Below are positions 59,148-64,000 of a DNA stretch of 64,000 bases, one piece after another (position 1 is the first letter of the stretch; each line of letters starts with the position of its first letter). The DNA comes from Candidatus Bathyarchaeia archaeon. GTDB lineage: Bacteria; Patescibacteriota; Microgenomatia; PFEM01; JAFGMK01. A program made the position numbers and the translations under genes. A model generated the notes under the pieces. It did not search any database, was not told where the DNA came from, and saw only the letters and a program-made list of their open reading frames with translations. The DNA is taken from assembly GCA_035529595.1 (NCBI GenBank), contig DATKWK010000017.1, positions 250,961 through 314,960 of the forward strand. Direction: 5' to 3'.

Positions 59148-59874
59148 CTTGTTTGGAGTTTACGGCGGTCAGTTTTAAAAAAAGTTCCTCTAAGTGCTGC
59201 CCTTTTTTCTTAACAATTTTTTCCAGTTGTCTGATTGTGCCTTCAAAAATAAGCCTTCCCTGGTCAATCACTCCAATTCGGTCACAAATTTTTTCAGCGA
59301 TGTCTAAGGTGTGAGTAGAGACAAAAATACTGCCTTTTTTTCGGGCAAATTCTTTGAAAAGGTCAATAGTAATTTGAACACTAAGCGGATCAAGGCCTAT
59401 CATCGGCTCATCAATGATAAGAATTTCAGGCTGGTGTAGAAAAGCGGCCAGAATGGTTAATTTTTGCTTATTGCCGCGGGAATAATCTTTAAAAGGGCCG
59501 TCAACCGTTTTCTCAAGCTTATAGACCAGCAGCAATTTTTTGATTTTCTCCTCAAGATTTTTGACTTCAAAAAGCCGGCCGACCAGATATAAAAATTCTC
59601 TGCCGGTTAGCTCCGGATAGACATAAGGATCATCAGGAATGTAGCCGATTAACTGTTTAGCTTTGACTGGGTCTTTTTCCAGGTCATAACCACCGATTTC
59701 TATTGTGCCTGAAGTCGGCATCAGAACACCGGTCAGCATTTTAATCGTGGTTGTCTTGCCGGCGCCGTTGGGGCCGATGAAGCCGAAGATCTCGCCTTTC
59801 TCAATCTGGAGACTTAAGTTATCAACTGCCAAAAACCGGTCAAATTTTTTGGTCAAATTTGAGATTTTAATCAT
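59140..59874 (-). CDS. ABC transporter ATP-binding protein
   Basis: GPNGAGKTT, YSRGNKQK, IIDEPMIGLD, STH. Confidence 0.94.
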   Translation of the reverse strand: MIKISNLTKKFDRFLAVDNLSLQIEKGEIFGFIGPNGAGKTTTIKMLTGVLMPTSGTIEIGGYDLEKDPVKAKQLIGYIPDDPYVYPELTGREFLYLVGRLFEVKNLEEKIKKLLLVYKLEKTVDGPFKDYSRGNKQKLTILAAFLHQPEILIIDEPMIGLDPLSVQITIDLFKEFARKKGSIFVSTHTLDIAEKICDRIGVIDQGRLIFEGTIRQLEKIVKKKGQHLEELFLKLTAVNSKQDA

Positions 59875-59915
59875 CTTTTGCCGTTATTGAGATTATTATC
59901 AGAAATGTGCCTAAA

Positions 59916-59951
59916 CACCTTCGAGGTGACCGAATGGGCTCCTCGAAGGTG
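59916..59951. repeat. REP-like inverted repeat
   Basis: CACCTTCGAGG-14 nt-CCTCGAAGGTG, perfect 11-bp arms. Confidence 0.7.
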
Positions 59952-60057
59952 AATTAAAAGAAAAAAGCTAGTTTCTATCGGTATTATTTATACTTCAATA
60001 ATCTCAAAAATTAGCAAAAATTACAAGGAAACTGAGTTATTTGTTATAATTACACCA

Positions 60058-60954
60058 ATGGATAATGAACATGATCATCTCACGAGACAAGAGGCTGTTA
60101 CTCTTGCTGATGGACCGCTTTCCGAAACCATTGCCGGACCGGAATTGCCGGTAGTTGATCAGATCGTTTTTCTTTGGGCTGAATATCATGACCGATATCC
60201 GCCTTTTATGCCTTCCCCGGAAATTGCTTTTGATCCGGGTGGAGAAGAACGCCATCTGAGTTTATTGGTCAGGCGTGATCTTGAACCTAATACTGTTGCC
60301 CAGGAGGGATTTTATCCCACAGTAACTAGAGTTATTCAAGAGCAAAGCAGCTTTCTGCGTCGAAGAGATGAATTTCCAGCTGACGAAAAATCTCGTTTAG
60401 GTAGAATTTCAGATAGACATAGAACTATCAATTCCGGAATCAAGGTAATCTTTCAAAATCCTCACTATCAGCCGATCTTGGCTTTACCTGGATATTACTT
60501 TATGTTTGATAATATGAGACTTAGTATGTTTGATTTCCGTAATGGCCAAGTTGTCCCTGGTGAAATAGGAAAATATATCCAATATGCACCGGCTTACTTA
60601 GCTTTAGGCCACGATCCTGCCTATTTGGCTCTTAATCTTTGGCACGACGACCAAGCTGACGGTCGTCGTCAAGTAGTCCGCGCTTTCTATGACCAGTTTC
60701 CGCCCCAGTTGCAACAGTTTTATCGGGATATTTTTTGTCACAATCTTTTAAGAAAAGGAATCGAAGTTTCTTTGGATCAACTCAAGCAAGCAATCAATCT
60801 TTCCGAAAAAACACCTGCCGAGCGTCTGGAGCACCAGCAACGCTGTATTGCTACCCTCGGTTTACTGGAAACAGCTTTATCCTTACCGGCAACAGTTGCC
60901 GCTTTAGCTGATTCAATCGGCCGTCCGTTTGTTGCTCTTGCTTCTTCTTCATAA
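60058..60954 (+). CDS. Hypothetical soluble protein
   Basis: 298-aa ORF; TGTTATAAT 7 nt upstream of ATG. Confidence 0.75.
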   Translation: MDNEHDHLTRQEAVTLADGPLSETIAGPELPVVDQIVFLWAEYHDRYPPFMPSPEIAFDPGGEERHLSLLVRRDLEPNTVAQEGFYPTVTRVIQEQSSFLRRRDEFPADEKSRLGRISDRHRTINSGIKVIFQNPHYQPILALPGYYFMFDNMRLSMFDFRNGQVVPGEIGKYIQYAPAYLALGHDPAYLALNLWHDDQADGRRQVVRAFYDQFPPQLQQFYRDIFCHNLLRKGIEVSLDQLKQAINLSEKTPAERLEHQQRCIATLGLLETALSLPATVAALADSIGRPFVALASSS

Positions 60955-60985
60955 GAAAACTTCTACTTTATGATAGACTGGAATC

Positions 60986-62068
60986 ATGCTTGGCCAACGG
61001 AATTACCTGAAAAATCTGAACTTTATCAAAAAACTTGCCAAAAAAAAGAACTGGCAAATAGATTTTAAGCTGGTTGGGCAGAAATTGAGAAAAGATCGCC
61101 CCCATTTTCTGGATTTCCCTTTGGTTGATGATTCAGGCAAAACATTGTTTTTTAAAACCTGCATATTCGGCCGGCAGGATCTCTGTCCGGGATTGCGAAA
61201 TGAATTTGCAATTCAAGAGTGGCTTGAATCAATCGGCGGTCCGGTAGGTAAAATCTATGATTACGCTGGTAAAGGTGACCTTTTTTGGTATGTCCGGGAG
61301 TATTTTCCCCAGGACGAGGGGGTTATCTGTCAGGAAGAGGATGTGTCACCTCTTAATGTCAGTAATATAACCCAACTTGCCGGCTGGCTTAAATTTCTCT
61401 GGCAGATAAAAAAATCCCAGATCCCGGCGGATCTATTTAACCGGCTCCTGTTAACACCCAAGAACTACCGGACTTTCAAACAGTTTGAAGAAAAAGTTAT
61501 CGAATATTTATCCATGCTTGATCAAGCTTTTAAAATCAAGAATTTAATTTGGCAAGAAAAAGATCGAGACAAAGTTCTTGTTTTTATCAGGCAAGTAAAA
61601 TCCGAAATTGTCGCTGTTGAAAACGGGGAGGGTATTGTTGTCCACGGTGACTTATCGCCCAATAATATCTATTTTGGAAAAAAAGTAATTATCTTTGACT
61701 GGGAGTGGATCTGTTATTGCGACAACCTGTTATTGGGTTTGGGAATTGATGTGGCTAATTTTTATACCCGCTCTTGGCAAAGACTTAAGTTGGGAAAAAA
61801 GTTTCTCGAGGAAGTGAAAAAACAAAACTTATTTAATAAGAGTATCTTTAATCAGGCCTTGCGGATTGGCATGGTCTTTTCGGTCTTACAAAAACTCGGT
61901 CCCATATTCAGGCACGGTTTTTATGAAAGTGAATACGACCAGCGCCACTTCAATGTCTTGGTTAAAATTATGAGGGAATACATTTCTGAGGTGTCAGGGT
62001 TTTACACCTTGGAGGCAGCTGGTGTTCTGGTTGTGCGGCAGAGGTCGGAAAAACAAGATTTCTCTTGA
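60986..62068 (+). CDS. Aminoglycoside-phosphotransferase/choline-kinase-like protein
   Basis: FFK, NE, HGDLSPNNI and IIFDWE motifs. Confidence 0.85.
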   Translation: MLGQRNYLKNLNFIKKLAKKKNWQIDFKLVGQKLRKDRPHFLDFPLVDDSGKTLFFKTCIFGRQDLCPGLRNEFAIQEWLESIGGPVGKIYDYAGKGDLFWYVREYFPQDEGVICQEEDVSPLNVSNITQLAGWLKFLWQIKKSQIPADLFNRLLLTPKNYRTFKQFEEKVIEYLSMLDQAFKIKNLIWQEKDRDKVLVFIRQVKSEIVAVENGEGIVVHGDLSPNNIYFGKKVIIFDWEWICYCDNLLLGLGIDVANFYTRSWQRLKLGKKFLEEVKKQNLFNKSIFNQALRIGMVFSVLQKLGPIFRHGFYESEYDQRHFNVLVKIMREYISEVSGFYTLEAAGVLVVRQRSEKQDFS

Positions 62069-62193
62069 GGTAAAGATTAGATTAATTGGAACATATACAT
62101 TAGAGTCCTCCATACCCTGAAAGAAATCAGAACTCTTTTCCGCGAAAATCCCGACGCTGAATTTCGTGCTAACTTCGTTGGCGCGCCGCCTCG

Positions 62194-62970
62194 TTAGTTT
62201 TTGTTTAAGATTTCTTCAGCTTTCCGTCTTCCGGTTGACCGCAATAATAGATTGTCATTCCCATCAATATCAAGATAGGACGATAATCTTCCGAGTTTAA
62301 TTGCTGATTGTTTAAAATTGTGTCGTTTCAAACTCTTTATAAGATTATCTTTACTAATTCTTTTCGGATATTTTTTGTATAAAATAAGCAAGCTACACTC
62401 TGGAACACTTTTAAATTTTTTATTATCTACATAAATTCGCCCATCAATTTCTTCAAAAATTGGGTATTTGCGTTCAATCAAAGAGTCAATAATTTTTTTT
62501 GTTTCCTCAATACTTATTAGATTTTTAGCCGAAAATCTAAAAAGCTCTGCTAATATCCAAGAACACATCGGTAAAACAGTGGAACAATCCATCTCGTTAG
62601 CGTCTACCTCGTCGGAATCATGCCTGCCTCCGCGATTTGAAGTAATATCGTAAACAAAAATACTTGCACGAGGTATTTGAAGCCGAATACCATCGTCTGC
62701 GATGGTTGTAGTATTAACTTGATCTATAATTTTTTGAGCGAACGATGTAGCTTTAAATTCTTTTTGTTTTGTGGGTAAAGAGTTGCCGGCAAAAACCCAC
62801 AATAATTTTATAGTTGCTTCAATAAATTTACCGGCTTTGGTTAATGAAGTTTCCCAGTCGCCTTCTTCAAATTTTTGTACACATAAAATATAATGACTAA
62901 CAATTGAATTAACTCTTTTAGCTTCAAATTTTTGTCCCAACAGGTTTTTTATTTGGCCTTCTGCTTTCAT
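62194..62970 (-). CDS. HEPN/Abi_C-like helical domain + C-terminal winged helix
   Basis: AGKFIEA, YDITSNRGGRHD, ANEMD..., WILAELFR; ends L..TG.RKAE; ATGA overlap with upstream gene. Confidence 0.6.
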   Translation of the reverse strand: MKAEGQIKNLLGQKFEAKRVNSIVSHYILCVQKFEEGDWETSLTKAGKFIEATIKLLWVFAGNSLPTKQKEFKATSFAQKIIDQVNTTTIADDGIRLQIPRASIFVYDITSNRGGRHDSDEVDANEMDCSTVLPMCSWILAELFRFSAKNLISIEETKKIIDSLIERKYPIFEEIDGRIYVDNKKFKSVPECSLLILYKKYPKRISKDNLIKSLKRHNFKQSAIKLGRLSSYLDIDGNDNLLLRSTGRRKAEEILNKN

Positions 62971-63365
62971 AACACATTTTTCCATTCATTTGTAAGATTA
63001 TATTTTCCATATTCTTTTGAATTAATCCAACCACGGGTTTTTGCGTCATTCGGATAAAACATATTAAATTTGCCAAGTAGGGTTTTTGCAGTCATTTTAT
63101 TCCAACACTTCTTTAGTTCGCTTAGCTCGATATTTTTGCTTTTATCTCCCTTAGAAAGATAAGCGAGTAGTAAAGTGAACCTTTTAGGGCCACTTTTATC
63201 TATAGTATATCTTTTAACAAAAGCTCGCTCATTAAGAGAAAAGTCCACATTAGTTCCCGGCAGTTTCTTGGAGGGTGTTTTGCTTGTTTTTGTATCAGGG
63301 CCAAATACTGCTTTTTCAAGCTTTTCAATTCTGGCTATAATTTGAGTTAAATTATTATCTGTCAC
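62967..63365 (-). CDS. Small protein, coiled coil + probable winged helix
   Basis: RIEKLEKAVF; LLLAYL...W...AKTRGWI...GKYNLT. Confidence 0.7.
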   Translation of the reverse strand: MTDNNLTQIIARIEKLEKAVFGPDTKTSKTPSKKLPGTNVDFSLNERAFVKRYTIDKSGPKRFTLLLAYLSKGDKSKNIELSELKKCWNKMTAKTLLGKFNMFYPNDAKTRGWINSKEYGKYNLTNEWKNVL

Positions 63366-63377
63366 TTTTTTATTTAA

Positions 63378-63719
63378 TTATTTTCTTAATACATATTCCC
63401 AATTTTTTGTATCCTTATTTTTAAGTCGGTTAAATACTCGTCTTTTTGTTAAATTTAATAAATTCATAGAGATGGATGTTTGTGGGTAGTATCTTCCAAT
63501 TTCTTTTAATTTCTCCATAATAGAGGCGATGTTTTGGGGTTTATCGAAAAAACCATCCTCAGTTAACAAAGTCAGCGCTCCTATTGCACCCTTTGGAACA
63601 GAAGTTCCATCTCTTTTCTTGGCCGACTGTTTTTTAGCAGGCGTTACTCCAGATAATACCGCAAGTTCATCTACTAAATTTTTAATTTGTTCTGCGATTT
63701 TTTGTGCGTTTCTTTCCAT
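63378..63719 (-). CDS. Small protein, probable winged helix
   Basis: L..DGFFDKP...I..KL...G.YY..TSIS..LL.L......R......WEY. Confidence 0.7.
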   Translation of the reverse strand: MERNAQKIAEQIKNLVDELAVLSGVTPAKKQSAKKRDGTSVPKGAIGALTLLTEDGFFDKPQNIASIMEKLKEIGRYYPQTSISMNLLNLTKRRVFNRLKNKDTKNWEYVLRK

Positions 63720-63751
63720 AGATTTATAAGTTAATATTATTTATTATTATA

Positions 63752-63780
63752 ATAATATACTTACCATTTTTTATTGTCAA
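63752..63780 (-). promoter_or_regulatory. sigma70 promoter of the three-gene operon
   Basis: TTGACA-17-TATTAT on the minus strand. Confidence 0.7.
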
Positions 63781-64000
63781 GTTTAAATGTGAGTAAATTA
63801 ATGAAGTAAAGTTAACAATTAATGGTACAACTAATAGTTTATTAGTAAATTACTAATACTAAGTAAATGTTTTGTTGTCATAAAACTCTTATTTTAAGAG
63901 TAAAAGTTAACTTTTAGTCGACTATTTTAATAATTATATTTATTTATTAGAAAATAAATATAATATACTACACCCAATGTCGTTTTCTCCTCGCATATCG

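Noticed and set aside
60986-62068. Aminoglycoside resistance gene
   Set aside because: Only superfamily kinase motifs are visible; the substrate cannot be inferred
1-64000. CRISPR array, cas genes, rRNA, intact transposase or integrase, prophage
   Set aside because: No regularly spaced repeats or matching ORFs were seen

Overview
Chromosomal segment of a bacterium using the standard code (TGA = stop). It is most likely Patescibacteria/CPR (Microgenomates-like): rpmD is missing between rpsE and rplO, RNase Y has no membrane anchor, MiaB lacks TRAM, and many genes appear leaderless. From left to right: the end of the spc/alpha/L13-S9 ribosomal operons; elp3; desulfoferrodoxin; murB; an uppP/spermidine-synthase/[FeFe]-hydrogenase/ECF-S-like block behind an atypical tRNA-Pro; recA-recX-rny-hup; six ABC-2 permeases around one ATPase; an AT-rich run of small enzyme genes with integron-like relics (duplicated promoter/attI-like element, attC-like sites, no integrase); miaB, rnj, miaA and RNase P RNA; a signalling cluster of two kinases, a stand-alone HisKA protein and three single-domain receivers running into a type IV pilus operon; an ABC exporter; and at the right end an AT-rich three-gene wHTH/wHTH/HEPN-like operon with a stack of palindromes upstream, which is the best candidate for an undescribed defence system. 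All calls come from motif recognition by eye; no database searches were run.
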